A stretch of DNA of 64,000 nucleotides from assembly GCF_032444005.1 (NCBI RefSeq), contig NC_091285.1:651682001-651746000 (forward strand), in the 5' to 3' direction. The notes under the pieces were generated by a model. That model was not told the origin of the DNA and did not search any database. It was given only the letters and a program-made list of their open reading frames with translations. Origin of the DNA: Ranitomeya imitator (taxonomy: Eukaryota). Shown in pieces: positions 38,280 to 50,064 of the stretch (position 1 is its first letter; each line of letters opens with the position of its first letter). A program made the translations under genes and the position numbers.

Positions 38280-38518
38280 CTCATCTTTGGCATCAAAATC
38301 TGGCTGTGGCATCGGATCACACGGGCTCCGGCAAGTGGACTGTTCCGCAGATGGAGTGGCATCCAGTGTACAGTAATTATAGGGTGTGCTGCCACGACGT
38401 AGGGGGGTGTTAGCCGGTAAGGTTTTGTCAAATATCTCGGGGCTCAGCTCCTTTCCAAAGGTCACCCGCTTCTTTTTCTTCATCGAATCTTCTGATATAT
38501 TAATATCTGTGCTTTCCT
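38280..38518 (-). CDS. CDCA2: CDCA2 exon with the PP1-binding RVTF domain
   Basis: KKRVTFGKELSPEIFDKTLPANTPLRRGSTP...PQPDFD matches the Repo-Man/Ki-67 PP1-binding domain; the acceptor could also be 38516. Confidence 0.95.
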
Positions 38519-39711
38519 CTTTAAAAAAAAAAATAAAAAAACCCAACATAAGTAATTGGAGGCCTGTGTCCGAGGTAGGCACCCGCGCCATACAGACAAC
38601 TGGTTGTTTTTGTGCATCGTGCACAAGCTTTGCACCACAAAAGTCGTAGAATCAAAATAATGGTAGCATGGTCCTTCTAGCAGCGCTAGTTAAAGGGATC
38701 CTATCCAGGGAAGTATATGCCAGCTGTGGGTCCCACCTCTGGGGTCTGCCCCTAAATCCAGAACTCCCAAATCATTCAGGGCCACCACTCCATTCCAGAC
38801 GGCATGTCATGGGGCGCCATTCTCCAGAATGATGTGGGCTCACAAGACCCGAGTCCACATGTCCTGCCAGCTAAACTTTAGTTAATATTTCCACACGTCC
38901 GTGCTATGCAATAGACCGTCAGTGCTTATTTAGGCTGCACACTGTGGCTGGCAGGACCTGTGGACTCGGGTCATGTGACCCTGATGACATCCTTCCGCAC
39001 TTCTACGTTGTTGCCTGCTCATGATTGGTCAGCGTCATACAAGATGCAGAAGTACCAGACCCCCCCCCCTCTCCCCAACAAAAAACTCCCTAATAATAGC
39101 TCCTTGGACCTCACTCAATTCAACTCATTAAAGTGCCAAATATTTGATTGCTTATGTTTCCACAACGAAGGGGCGAAAAAAAAAAAGTTTTCTTCTGCCC
39201 GGCAGCCACTATTACATTGTGTATCCAGTTCGACATGAAAGATTTGGTGAAAGGTCCTCTACAGACTAAGGATATTAAAGGGATACTGGACTTCAAGTAA
39301 CTATAGAATAATCAGTTCTGTGTGTACAGAGGAGTAACACTATTGTCTGGCCATTATATGACTTGTAGCGCGCAATATTCTCCAGTTTTCCCAACTGCAG
39401 GCTGTATATCATAGACAATCCACTCTGAGCTAGTGGGAGATTAACTGCAATGATGTCTCCTGTACAAAGCACAGAGGGATTCCTGCTCTTCACTGCTGAG
39501 TTATCACAGACAGAAGCAACAGCAGCAAGAGGGAAACTATACAGTGATACTGAGCAGTCTAGATGTGATTCCACCTCAGCATGATCTTTCTGTGTCATTC
39601 TGTTTTCTTCCTTTGCTCCTCTCACCTCCACCCTCTAAAGTTGTGAGGACACCGCGTTGATTCTTAATTATGATGTACATTTCAGTAGGCCCAGAGACAT
39701 GAGCTATTGTC

Positions 39712-39715
39712 GCGT

Positions 39716-39746
<31 letters not shown>

Positions 39747-39873
39747 ACCCTCCAAAGACATACTGATAGGGATTCTAGATTGTGAGCCCCATCGGGGACA
39801 GTGATGATAATGTGTGCAAAACTGTAAAGCGCTGCGGAATATGTTAGCGCTATATAAAAATAAAGATTATTAT
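39712..39873 (+). mobile_element. 5'-truncated copy of the same SINE as 31334-31623
   Basis: Near-identical reverse complement of the 3' half of that SINE. Confidence 0.8.
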
Positions 39874-39884
39874 ACATATGATTC

Positions 39885-40604
39885 TGAACGTTAATGCTTG
39901 TTGTATGTCGAATTAAGGTTTGTTAATTTGTTGAATGGCTGCTGATTACCCATTGTCATTGCAGCTTATTGTCCTGCTACCCTTGAGGGACAAAGGCGCA
40001 GGTAAATTGAACAATCCATGTTTGTTAATTTGGTGAATGCGTGCTGACTACCTATTGTATTGTTTCACGCAGCTTGTTTTTCTGCAAACATTCAAGAACA
40101 AAATATGCAGGTTAATTGAACACTAAAACCATGAGAAATGACCTCTTACCACTCAAACCTGTAGTAATGGCCTGAAGGACAGCCGTGGGTATAAAAGGAC
40201 CTCTCTCCTTCTACAAACAGACTCTAAAGGACAGCAGCCAAGGTGCCATGGCTCCTACCTCAGGAATACAGATTTTAACCACTGCCCATCACTGAACCCA
40301 TGGAGACGTATGGAGAACCCAGGTTGGGACAACCAGGTCACCTGGCCACATACCTCATTGGACTGTCAGCTTCCTAAGCTTGCTGCTACCTCCTCTCTGT
40401 AGGTGCCCACTAAAAGCGAAGTGCTACTGGTTGGGGTAATTGGCCCTTGAAGCCTCGAAGTTGCAGACGTCCTAATTCCAGGCGCACCATCTTATGTACT
40501 CGCTGGGACTATACCGTATGTTAGGTTCCATAAAGTATTGGCACAATGTGATACCCTCACCCTGTGTTGTCTTAGTATTCTGCCCACGGTAAAGGCGTGT
40601 GACA
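39885..40604 (+). mobile_element. Possible solo LTR
   Basis: TATAAAA near 40190, CATAAA near 40528, ends GTGTGACA; no clean TSD. Confidence 0.3.
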
Positions 40605-42237
40605 TTCAGTGGGATGAGCCCTGGACTGTGAGGTCTTTCTAAAGACAGCCAGGCCATCGGACGAGAGCACCCACTGACCCTCGTGTCTCCACAAGTAGGA
40701 GGTGTAACCAGACCCCTCACTGTGCTGGCATTCAAGTCTTGTCCTGAGCAAGATGGATTTGAGAAGCTTCACTGAACCCCCAACCCCAGAGTAGATGGGG
40801 AGTTCATGAAGAATGGGAAGAAGGGGCTTATAAGTGGATAAAGAAGCAGATTACTATTGACAACACGTATTAGAAAGTTTTTACATTGGCCTGTGTCGAT
40901 TTATGCAACGTTTCTTGAAAGTACAGTTCCCTTGAAAATGAGAATCATCCACTTCAGGCCTTCTATGAGCCAATCCATGTACTACAGGGTCAGCTATTCA
41001 TTCAATTGTACGACCGGATGTATAACCACACCAAGAACTTTACCATAAAATATACTGAAAAATCGTTCGATAAAAAGAAATAAAAAATCCAAGTGCAGTG
41101 AAATGATGAGAAACATACTGCAATTTATTTCACCATTGTTCTTTTGGTTTCTTTTTTATGGCATTTAGCAAAATTGACGTGACAATTTTCCTGGTGAGTA
41201 CAATTATGGCGATACCAAAAAACGTAAAAGGTTCTTGTTACATTTTAGCAGTAAAAAAAAAAAATAAATAAAATGTTGTATTGTATTTTAAATAAATGTA
41301 TTTTGTTTGTGTTGCTATTTTCTAAGACCAGTGAGGTATTTTTTTTTTTTTTTATTAATTTTCTGCAGATGGAGCTTGATTTTTGCACGTTTATTGATAC
41401 CATTTCTTGGGAGAGTGGAGACAAAAATGAAACTGCAGTTGCTCTGTTAGGATTTTTATTTTTGCTTTAGAGCATTTGGAATAGAGATTATTTTCATATT
41501 GGTGGCGATTCCAAATGTGTTTTTTTTTATTGGGAAAAGAAGGGCGATTCAAACTTTTTGTCTTTTCTAGTCCCCATAGGGAACATGAACCTGTGATCGC
41601 CTTTACTTTATACTGTAACACTTCGATCTTGCAGTATATTGTGAATTAATCTCTTACGCAGTCCCACCAGTCAGGGCTCTATAGGAATAAAAAAAGGTGG
41701 CGAAGACGGGGGTCCTTTAATAGGCCCATAGCGACAGTGACCACCCCACCCCCTTTTTTAGGTGGTGATGGGCACCCATGTGTATGCCATCAGTGTCGCT
41801 GCAGTCAGTGGCATTTTATGTTTGCACAGCAGGAGGTCACACTTCTGTCACTCACCAGGTAGCGGCTGAGTCCGTGCAAAAAAACGAAAATATAATGTAA
41901 ACCTAGACTACTTGTATCTAACCCCCGCGAAGTTACCAATGTCTGAGCGTCTCACCATCATCTGAGATTTTTGGTAGTGAAAATAGCGTGGCGTCCTCCT
42001 CTCCGAGCCCGACCTGCAGAGGGGAAAATAAAGCGGATTAAATGGGATCGACACTAAACCCTTAAGGAACCATCTGAGATATTGAGGACCGTTCCTCATG
42101 TCTCCTGCGCTGTAGGCCCAGATCACACTGGACGCTCGCTACATGGTGCAAGGAGCCGAGCTGTTCGGGCTCACTGACAGCAGCACATTGTAACAGCTGA
42201 TCGCTGTGGGGGGGATTATGGGTTAGGGGTCCAGTAC

Positions 42238-42288
42238 CGATCTGATATTGACGACCGATCGTGAGGATATGTCATCAATATTCTCATC
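42238..42288 (-). CDS. CDCA2: Candidate CDCA2 exon (DENIDDISSRSVVNIRS)
   Basis: ttgtccag acceptor, TCG|gtactg donor, open; phases 0 to 0, so it needs the 38516 acceptor or one more exon. Confidence 0.35.
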
Positions 42289-42685
42289 CTGGACAACAGT
42301 TATAATAACACTGAAATACACAATTTTTTTCCCCCTTTTAAATTTTATTAAAGTAGCAATCCGGCTGCGCTCTCTTCCGCAGCGGGAGGTTGGGTGTGGC
42401 AGGTCAGGTCACATCTACAGATATTTGTAAGCTGAAGTGCGCAATTTTGGGGGTTCGAAAGGCAAGCCTGGAGATCTGTAGACATGATATGGAAGTGAGT
42501 GGAGCCATTTAAGCGTCTCTTCCAGGGCTGTGGAGTCGGTGTTCATTTTGGTGGAGTGTGTATAATACGGACCAACTCCGACTGGGTACAGTAGTACAAT
42601 GCAGGATGTGCTGTAAAGTTTTTCAGAATAATTTGGGAAAGTTATGAAATGTCCTATAAATGTCTGTTCAGTTCCTGATCTAGTG

Positions 42686-43068
42686 GAGATGAATCTGTCC
42701 TGCACTTTCCGTACATGCTCAGTAGTGACCAGTGCTGTGGAGTCGTGGATGAGATGAATCTGTCCTGCACTTTCTGTACATGCTCAGTAATGACCAGTGC
42801 TGTGGAGTCGTGGATGAGATGAATCTGTCCTGTACTTTCCGTACATGCTCAGTAATGACCAGTGCTGTGGAGTCGTGGATGAGATGAATCTGTCCTGCAC
42901 TTTATGCACATGCTCAGTAGTGACCAGTGCTGTGGAGTCGTGGATGAGATGAATCTGTCCTGCACTTTCTGTACATGCTCAGTAATGACCAGTGCTGTGG
43001 AGTCGTGGATGAGATGAATCTGTCCTGCACTTTATGCACATGCTCAGTAGTGACCAGGGCTGCAGAGT
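42686..43068. repeat. 65-bp tandem repeat, ~6 copies
   Basis: GAGATGAATCTGTCC recurs at 42686, 42751, 42816, 42881, 42946 and 43011. Confidence 0.9.
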
Positions 43069-43281
43069 CGGGGTCAGGGAAATTGAGTGGGAGGTTTGGT
43101 TTACCGACTCCACAGACCTGTTCTCTACCCTTATAAAAAGTTTTGGAATACCTTTCTATGAACATCCAATAATGTGGAATATCTGATCATCCACCACCAA
43201 CCTTCTAAACAAGACATCGATGTACACCATTACACCCTTAAGTGGCGGTGGTGAACATGTATCTACTGTCATACCACTTAC

Positions 43282-43484
43282 CCTGAAGTGGACAAAATCT
43301 CTCCGGTGAGTCTTCTTCAGTGCAGGTTTCAGGACGGGTCCAAAGGAAGTTTCTGATATTAGTGGCACGGTGTATTCAGGTTCTGGAGGACTTAGGAGAT
43401 CTGTGAAATCTGTGAACATAACCTTTCGCTTACGGCTTCTTGAAGATCTTGGTGACGCTCGGATCTCCTCAATTTGCTCCTCTG
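43282..43484 (-). CDS. CDCA2: CDCA2 exon (AEEQIEE...RKRKVMF...PVLKPALKK...HFR)
   Basis: PVLKPALKK matches human VLRSVLKK; AGG|gtaagt donor; phases 1 to 0. Confidence 0.8.
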
Positions 43485-43629
43485 CTGTCACATGGATATC
43501 ACAAGCATTAGTCAGAAGAAAGCGAACAGCATGACACTTAGCTTTCCAACAGTCTACAGGTTACCTGTGTTACAATCATCTTTCCCTTTGGATAGTAGGA
43601 TGTTATCACAATGGGAAATACAATGAACA

Positions 43630-43950
43630 TGTACCCACCTCCTGAACAAGGACCACCCCACCACCTCCTGAACAAGGACCACCCCACCACCTCCTGAACA
43701 AGGACCACCCCACCTGCCCCTGAACAAGGACAATCCCACCTGCCCCTGAACAAGGACAATCCCACCTGCCCCACCTCATGAACAAGGACCGTTCCACCTG
43801 CCCCACCTCATGAACAAGGACCGTTCCACCTGGCCCACCTCATGAACAAGAACCATCCCACCTGCCCCACCTTATGAAGAAGAACCATCTCACCTGGCCC
43901 ACCTCATGAACAAGAACCATCCCACCTGGCCCACCTCAAGAACAAGGATC
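43630..43950. repeat. Degenerate 24-33-bp minisatellite (CCCACCTCATGAACAAGGA core)
   Basis: Motif recurs directly. Confidence 0.75.
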
Positions 43951-43957
43951 ATCTCAC

Positions 43958-44027
43958 CTGGCTCAATGAAAACCTCAGTCGACAATCTTAAGCAATCAGG
44001 ATCCACAGAAGTTTCTGGCATACATTT
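43958..44027 (-). CDS. CDCA2: CDCA2 exon (KCMPETSVDPDCLRLSTEVFIEP)
   Basis: Strong acceptor gcatctccag, G|gtgag donor; ETSVD matches human; phases 0 to 1. Confidence 0.8.
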
Positions 44028-44425
44028 CTGGAGATGCAAAATACAGGACGAAGGTCTGACTTAGATGGCAGGAGGAGGATTGTCGTCAAAGAGACTTTCA
44101 TAAAATACATTATCCACTGGGATCCCCACCAATCCCAAAATTCCCCTGTATGCAACATGGCTCCATTCACTTCAATGAGACTAGAGTAATGGCTATCACT
44201 CTCTCAGAGAACAGTGCGGTGGACATATGTGCCCAACTGCTCCACTCACACAGGGACTATGGGACCCTTGTTCTCCAAGTCGGTAAGGATCATCAGTCAC
44301 TTACATTGTGGAGAAGTAATAAATGTGTGTAATGAAAACACCCTTAAGACCATGCTATTTCCCAATGTACATGTGGGCTTAATCCTTGCAGGGACGCACA
44401 CCAGTAGCCAAGCAAGTACGAGATA

Positions 44426-45809
44426 CAGATGCTTCTCACAGAATTAGAATATCATCAAAAAGTTAATTTCAGTTCTTCAATACAAAAAGTGAAACTCATT
44501 ATATAGAGTCATTACAGAGTGATCTATTTCACGTGTTTATTTCTGTTAATGATTATGGCTTAAAGCCATTGAAAACCCAAAACTCATTATCTCAGTAAAT
44601 TAGAATACTTTATAACACCAGCTTGGAAAATGATTTTAAAATCCGAGATGTTGGCCTACTGAAATGTGTGTTCAGTAAACGCACTCAATACTTGGTCGGG
44701 GCTCCTTATGCATCAATTACTGCATCAATGCAGTGTGGCATAAAGGGATCAGCCTGTGGCGCTGCTGAGGGGTTATGGAAGCCCAGGTTGCTTTGATAGC
44801 AGCCTTCAGCACATCTGCGTTGTTGGGTCTGGTGTTTCTCATCTTCCTCTTGACAATACTCCATAGATTCTCTATGGGATTAAGGTCAGGCGAGTTTGCT
44901 GACAATCAAGCACAGTGATACTGTTGTTTGTACACCAGGTATTGGTTCTTTTGGCCGTGTGGACAGGTGTCAAGTCCTGCTGGAGAATGAAATTTCCATC
45001 TCCAAAAAGCTTGTTGACAGAGGGAAGCATGAAGTGCTCTAAAATGTCCTGGTAGACGACGGCGCTGTATAAACACAGTGGACCTACACCAGCAGATGAC
45101 ATGGCTCCCCAAACCATCACTGATTGTGGAAACTTCACACTAGACCTCCAGCAGCTTGGATTGTGGCCTCTCCACTCTTCCTCCAGACTCTGGGACCTTG
45201 GTTTCCAAATGAAATGCAAACTTTACTTTCATCTGAAAACAACGCCTTGGACGACTGAGCAACAGTCCAGTTCTTTTTCTCCTTGGCCCAGGTAAGATGC
45301 TTCTGGCGCTGTCTATTGGTCATGAATAGTTTGACACAAGGAATGTGACACTTGTAGCCCATGTCCTGGATACGTCTGTGTGTGGTGGATCTTGAAGCAA
45401 TGACTCCAGCAGCAGTCCACTCCTTGTGAATCTTCCCCAAATTTTTGAGTGGCCTTTTTCTTAATCCTTTCAAGGCTGCGGTTATCCCGGTTGCTTGTGC
45501 ACCTTTTTCTACTACACTTTTTCGTTCCACTCAACTTTCCATTAATATGCTTGGATACAGCACTCTGTGAACAGCCGGCTTCTTTAGCAATGACCTTTTG
45601 TGGCTTACCCTCCTTGTGGAGTATATCAATGACTGCCTTCTGGACATCTGTCAGGTCAGCAGTCTTGATTGTGGAGCTACTGAAAGACTAAGGGACCTTC
45701 TTAAACGCTTAGGAAGCCTTTGCTGGTGTTATTTGTTAATTATTCTAATTTACTGAGATAATGACTTTTGGGTTTTCATTGGCTGTAAGCCATAATCATC
45801 AACATTAAC
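44426..45809 (-). mobile_element. Degenerate Tc1 DNA transposon
   Basis: TA|CAG..CTTCTCACA terminus; frameshifted ORFs with FSDES, VMVWG, QQD and DLNPIENLW; right inverted repeat truncated. Confidence 0.9.
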
Positions 45810-46055
45810 CTGTAGGTCCTGGCAACTAAAAGGTCATAACTTAGATTAACTGCAGATAGAGCCGTGATCTAGGGCTTGTTTTAAGGCTGCAATACCAGAC
45901 AACCCATGGATGGATGTGGGGTCATTTCTGGAAGAAAGCAACCATCTTGTACAAGCATCATAAAAACCAAGAGAAACAGATCTAACACTTCTCTCTCACA
46001 AGCCGTAAAGCTAAGGAGAGCTCTGGAAGCCATTACACGTGGTCCTGGTACATAC

Positions 46056-46189
46056 CTGGGAGCTTTCCAGGGGGTCTGATGGGCAGGACATAAATGAAGG
46101 CTGATGCAGAGCCCTGGAGACCCCTTGATTTGGAGCATCACACAGCTTCTTCCTCTTCTCTGGGGGCTCCGATGCCCCCTCTATGTTAT
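46056..46189 (-). CDS. CDCA2: CDCA2 exon (DNIEGASEPPEKRKKLCD...ESSQ)
   Basis: gtattgcag acceptor, CAG|gtatgt donor, phases 1 to 0. Confidence 0.75.
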
Positions 46190-46567
46190 CTGCAATACAG
46201 AGAACAGCAGTCAACTTATGGAGGCAAGAAACTGTCCGATCACAACTAAACAGGCAAAAGAAAATTAGTTGGGGTACGAGCTGTGTGACCCCCCACAGGC
46301 AATGAGAACAAGGGGCTTCAAGTCCCAGGTAACAATGAATTGGACCCCAAGGCTAATTGCATTAGAGACCATTAAAAAAAAAACAAAAAAAAAAAAAACT
46401 GTAAAAATGACATCTACGTGTCCCCTGGTCCTAGGTGAACTAGCTGGCAGCTCACTCATACGCCTGGCACGATACTTTTGCATTGAAAGGAGAGCAGGCA
46501 AGTGATGGCTGCCTGGATGCCCGCTCCATCAGGAGGGATCACTCACCTGTTTCATTATAATCAGGAG

Positions 46568-46847
46568 TCGTGATGAGAGAGCGTGCTGGGGTAAGGTGTT
46601 ATCCGAGCATGCTCGGGTCCTAACCCGAGAGAGACTTTGGCGTGCTCAAATAATATGTTCGAGTCCCCGCGGCTGCATGTCTCGCAGATGTTCGACAGTT
46701 GCAACACATGCAGGGATTGTCTATCAAACAGGAAATCCCTGTATAACAGATGCGGGGACTCAAATATATTACTCGAGCACGCTGAAAACACTCAGCACGC
46801 GAGCATGCTCAGATAACACCTTATTCCAGCACGTTCACTCACCATTA
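46568..46847. mobile_element. Non-autonomous hAT element
   Basis: Degenerate TAGTGATGAGCG-type TIRs with an exact 8-bp TSD ATCAGGAG (46560-46567 and 46848-46855). Confidence 0.75.
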
Positions 46848-46864
46848 ATCAGGAGACATCACAC

Positions 46865-47066
46865 AGACATCACAGGAGACAGCTATTAAGTCTCCTCTTT
46901 TTTGTAAGCTAAACATTCCTAGATCCTTTATCCGTTCCTCGTAGGACATACTTTGCAGTCTGCTCACTGTTCTCTGAACTTGCTGCAGTTTTTCTATGTC
47001 TTTTTTTTTTTTACAATCTGGTGCCCAGCAGTGGACACAGTATTCCAGACTAGGACCGACCAAGAT
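46865..47066 (-). mobile_element. CR1 LINE ORF2 3' fragment
   Basis: LVGPSLEYCVHCWAP...DIEKLQQVQR...SYEERIKDLGMFSLQKR matches the CR1 C-terminal consensus. Confidence 0.8.
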
Positions 47067-47184
47067 CCGATCAGGTGGGAGGAACTAAAACCTACTCACG
47101 TTCCCATTCAAGAAGAATTGCTGGGGTGTTATTTCCCGTCCGCATTTTCTTTTTAACGCAACCACTAATAATCTACGAACTCAC

Positions 47185-47329
47185 CTTTCTCATATTCCAG
47201 CTCCTTGACTTCTGAAAATTCCGGAAAAGACGGTGAGTTTTCATTCTCCTCCACCACCTGGAAGGCGTTCCGGAAGGAGGACATCTTGTCTCTCAGGACA
47301 GAGTTTCGAGGAGAAGTGAAGGGGTTATC
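47185..47329 (-). CDS. CDCA2: CDCA2 exon (DNPFTSPRNSVLRDKMSSFRNAFQVVEENE...)
   Basis: Matches human RNVNTLRERISAFQSAFHSIKENE; phases 0 to 1. Confidence 0.9.
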
Positions 47330-48062
47330 CTGAGAAGACAGAAGAACGAACTGTTCGTCAGCCACTCATTCATCTCACTTAAAGGGGTTGTCCCGGATTA
47401 GGATACGGATGACCGATCCATAGAATCTATATCAGATGGGGGTCTGACAACCTGCACCCTCCGGTAATCAGCCCGTTTTTAGCTCATGTAAACAGTGAAT
47501 GGGTCTCTGCAATGGCATGGTGGTCTCGCGAGTGCCTCACAAATCCATTCATTCTCTATGGACGTGTGCGGCGTTCGGGAGCTCTGCCGCCCCCCCAGAC
47601 ACACTGAGCGGAGCAGCAAGGTGCATGGCCGCTGCACAAAGTGAATAATGGGGTCCTCTGCTCCAGTCATCATTGGGGTCCCAGTGAGCAGGCATCACCC
47701 ATTATGTGGATGGGTGGGCGATCTGCATGCTACTACACACTGCCGCACTGGACTATAGGGGTCTATTCACATGCACCGAGGGGTTTCTGCTGCACCAAAA
47801 CCGCTGCATAAAATCTGCTTGTATTTCCGCATTTTATATGTGCCCCCCGCCCCCACCACAATCGTTCATCAGAATGGCGGAGAAATGCTGCAAAACACTG
47901 AAAGAATTGAAATGCGGTGGATTAAGAGAAAAAAAACAAGCATATGCCTGATGCAAAAAAAAGAAAAAACCCTAGAAACGCTGCAAAACGCCACATGTGA
48001 ACATACCCCAATAGGGCTGTGGGGGACTACAGGTAACAGATCAGTGCAGATTGTGCATTTAC

Positions 48063-48196
48063 CGGGGGCTCCGGCTCACTTTTCCTATTGCTTCTCTGTA
48101 GTGCAATCTCACGGATCAGGAAGTTCATTTCTGGGGACCCCCGGACTCCAATTGTGGACCTGCGCCTGTGTTTACGTAACGATTTGGGAGATTTTT
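48063..48196 (-). CDS. CDCA2: CDCA2 exon (EKSPKSLRKHRRRSTIGVRGSPEMNFLIREIA...)
   Basis: Matches human KKCRRRSAVGARGSPETNHLIRFIA; phases 1 to 0. Confidence 0.9.
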
Positions 48197-48420
48197 CTGC
48201 AAAAGAATATTAAAAAAACAAAAACAAATGACCAAACAAAATGTGCAAAGTATTTATAACGGCCGGAGAACTAACCTGGTGTAAGAGGAACTAGAAGTCT
48301 AGTTTGTAAATTCTGCCCAAAACACTGAGGGGTAGAACTGATTGTCGCATTGTCTGGCGTGTGACAGCCCACCATAGCGCCATCATTGGTCATTCTTTTG
48401 ATAAAAGACGTTTTATTTTA

Positions 48421-48866
48421 AAGAATCTTTCTCAGGTTATTTGTCACCCCCCCCCCCCCCCATCTGAGAGCAGCATAATGTAGGGACAGAGACCCTGATT
48501 CCAGTGATGTGTCACTTACTGGGCTGCTTGGTGCAGATTTAATAACATCCCTGTTGCAGATCTAGCAGCAATACTGAGCCCTGTATAGACCCTCCCACAC
48601 CACCGATTGGCAGCTACCTGTATACACTGTGTATAGGCAGGAAGTGGCCAGTGGTGGGGGCGGGACGATGCACAGCTTTGAATATGGAGGAATACATGGC
48701 AGCAGATTTTCTAGTCCTGTAATGATAATCTCCTGCTGATAAAGTGATTTTAATCAAAACTACAACAAGCAGCCAAGTAAGGGACACATCGCTGGAATCA
48801 GGGTCTCTGTCCCTTCATTATGTTGCTCTCAGATTAAATAGCAAAACTCTGGTGACAGATTCCCTT
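48421..48866. mobile_element. T2/Kolobok-type MITE, same family as 25682-26115
   Basis: Shared sequence CCCTGATTCCAGTGATGTGTCACTTACTGGGCTGCTTG; ends GATTCCCT|TTAA. Confidence 0.6.
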
Positions 48867-49598
48867 TAATTGTGGACAAATGTCCTTGTCTGCTGAATTC
48901 TGTGAATGACAATCAGGATCTGGTTTCTCCACGTAACTCAGGTCATCGAGTACCAATGACTGGACAACCCCTTTAAAAAGGAGTTGTAAAAAGCATATAA
49001 GTAGGATGGGGGGGTATAACTTGCGGTCCACTGGGGGTCTGACCACTGGGACCCCGTCAACAGGGGTTTGCAGAACGCCTCCTCAGTGGAGGTACAGTAT
49101 GCGCTGCTCCGCTCTCTAGTGAAGCTGCTCCGCGACGTACATGGCCGCCCATACAGAATGAATGGAGATGACGGGAGAAGGCTTGACCTCTGCAGAGCCC
49201 TGGTCTCCGGACTGTTGGGGTCCTCAGTGGTCAAATCCCCAGCGATCAATAAATTATACTGACCTGCCACGGGGATAAAAAGTGTCCTGTTGAAAATAAA
49301 AAATTCCTCATTCTCCTGAGCAGCGTAGGCCCCCGATGGTGAGACCCCCAAGATCAGAAAGTCATCACTTATGTGGATAGCTGATGACTTGTTTGATTGA
49401 GAAGCCTCCAAAATAAGACCCTCTTGGCAGCTGATATAAACTATATCGGACCCCCAACCCCTAGCATGTGCCGAGACCCATTAACGCCAGGCCAAAGCCA
49501 ATTTCAACACTGGTCCTGTAGTTCCGAGCCCACCCTAACAAGGTATGAGGAGATGGGTGGGCCGAACACGTACACCCCTGTACATATAGGAACATTAC

Positions 49599-50007
49599 CT
49601 GCGCCCTTGGTGGTGAAGCTGTCACTACAGATCCCCAGATCCCCCACAGACACGGCAGAGAAGTCAGTCGGGGGGACACGTGGCTGCGGATCGTCAGGCG
49701 AGGCCTCCGCGTCCCCCCGAGGACTGGACACAGCTCCCGATGGACCAGGCTCAACACAGACATAGCTGCCTTCAGGAAACGTCACCCGACTGGTCTTCTC
49801 CTTAGACATGTCCTCCAGCTGGGAGGGGGCGAGGTTCTCCTTGGACTCGTCATTGCTGATGAACCTGGAGTGCGGCCGCTCGGTGGAGAAGAAGGAGGTG
49901 GTCTGCTTGTAGTGCGGGGTCTCGTCTTCAGACACGATCTCATAGGACTGCTGCTCAGTCTGCGGCACCAGGATGGGGATCTCTTGTAGAACGTTTCTTC
50001 TGGCCAT
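49599..50007 (-). CDS. CDCA2: CDCA2 first coding exon (ATG at 50007; acceptor at 50018)
   Basis: PPTDFSAVSVGDLGICSDSFTTKGAG matches human SPLNFSTVTVEQLGITPESFVRNSAG; GCAG|gtaat donor, phase 1. Confidence 0.85.
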
Positions 50008-50064
50008 CACCTGCTCACCTGGAACAAAACCCAGAACGATGAGGAGCAGCAACACTGACAGATT

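Noticed and set aside
39293-39640. 112-aa minus-strand ORF as a possible CDCA2 exon
   Set aside because: No similarity to Repo-Man, no good donor, and it reads like a dispersed repeat
47100-47160. Extra GTGAGT donor near 47100 suggesting a further CDCA2 exon
   Set aside because: The intron would be too short, and read-through from the 47329 exon hits a stop
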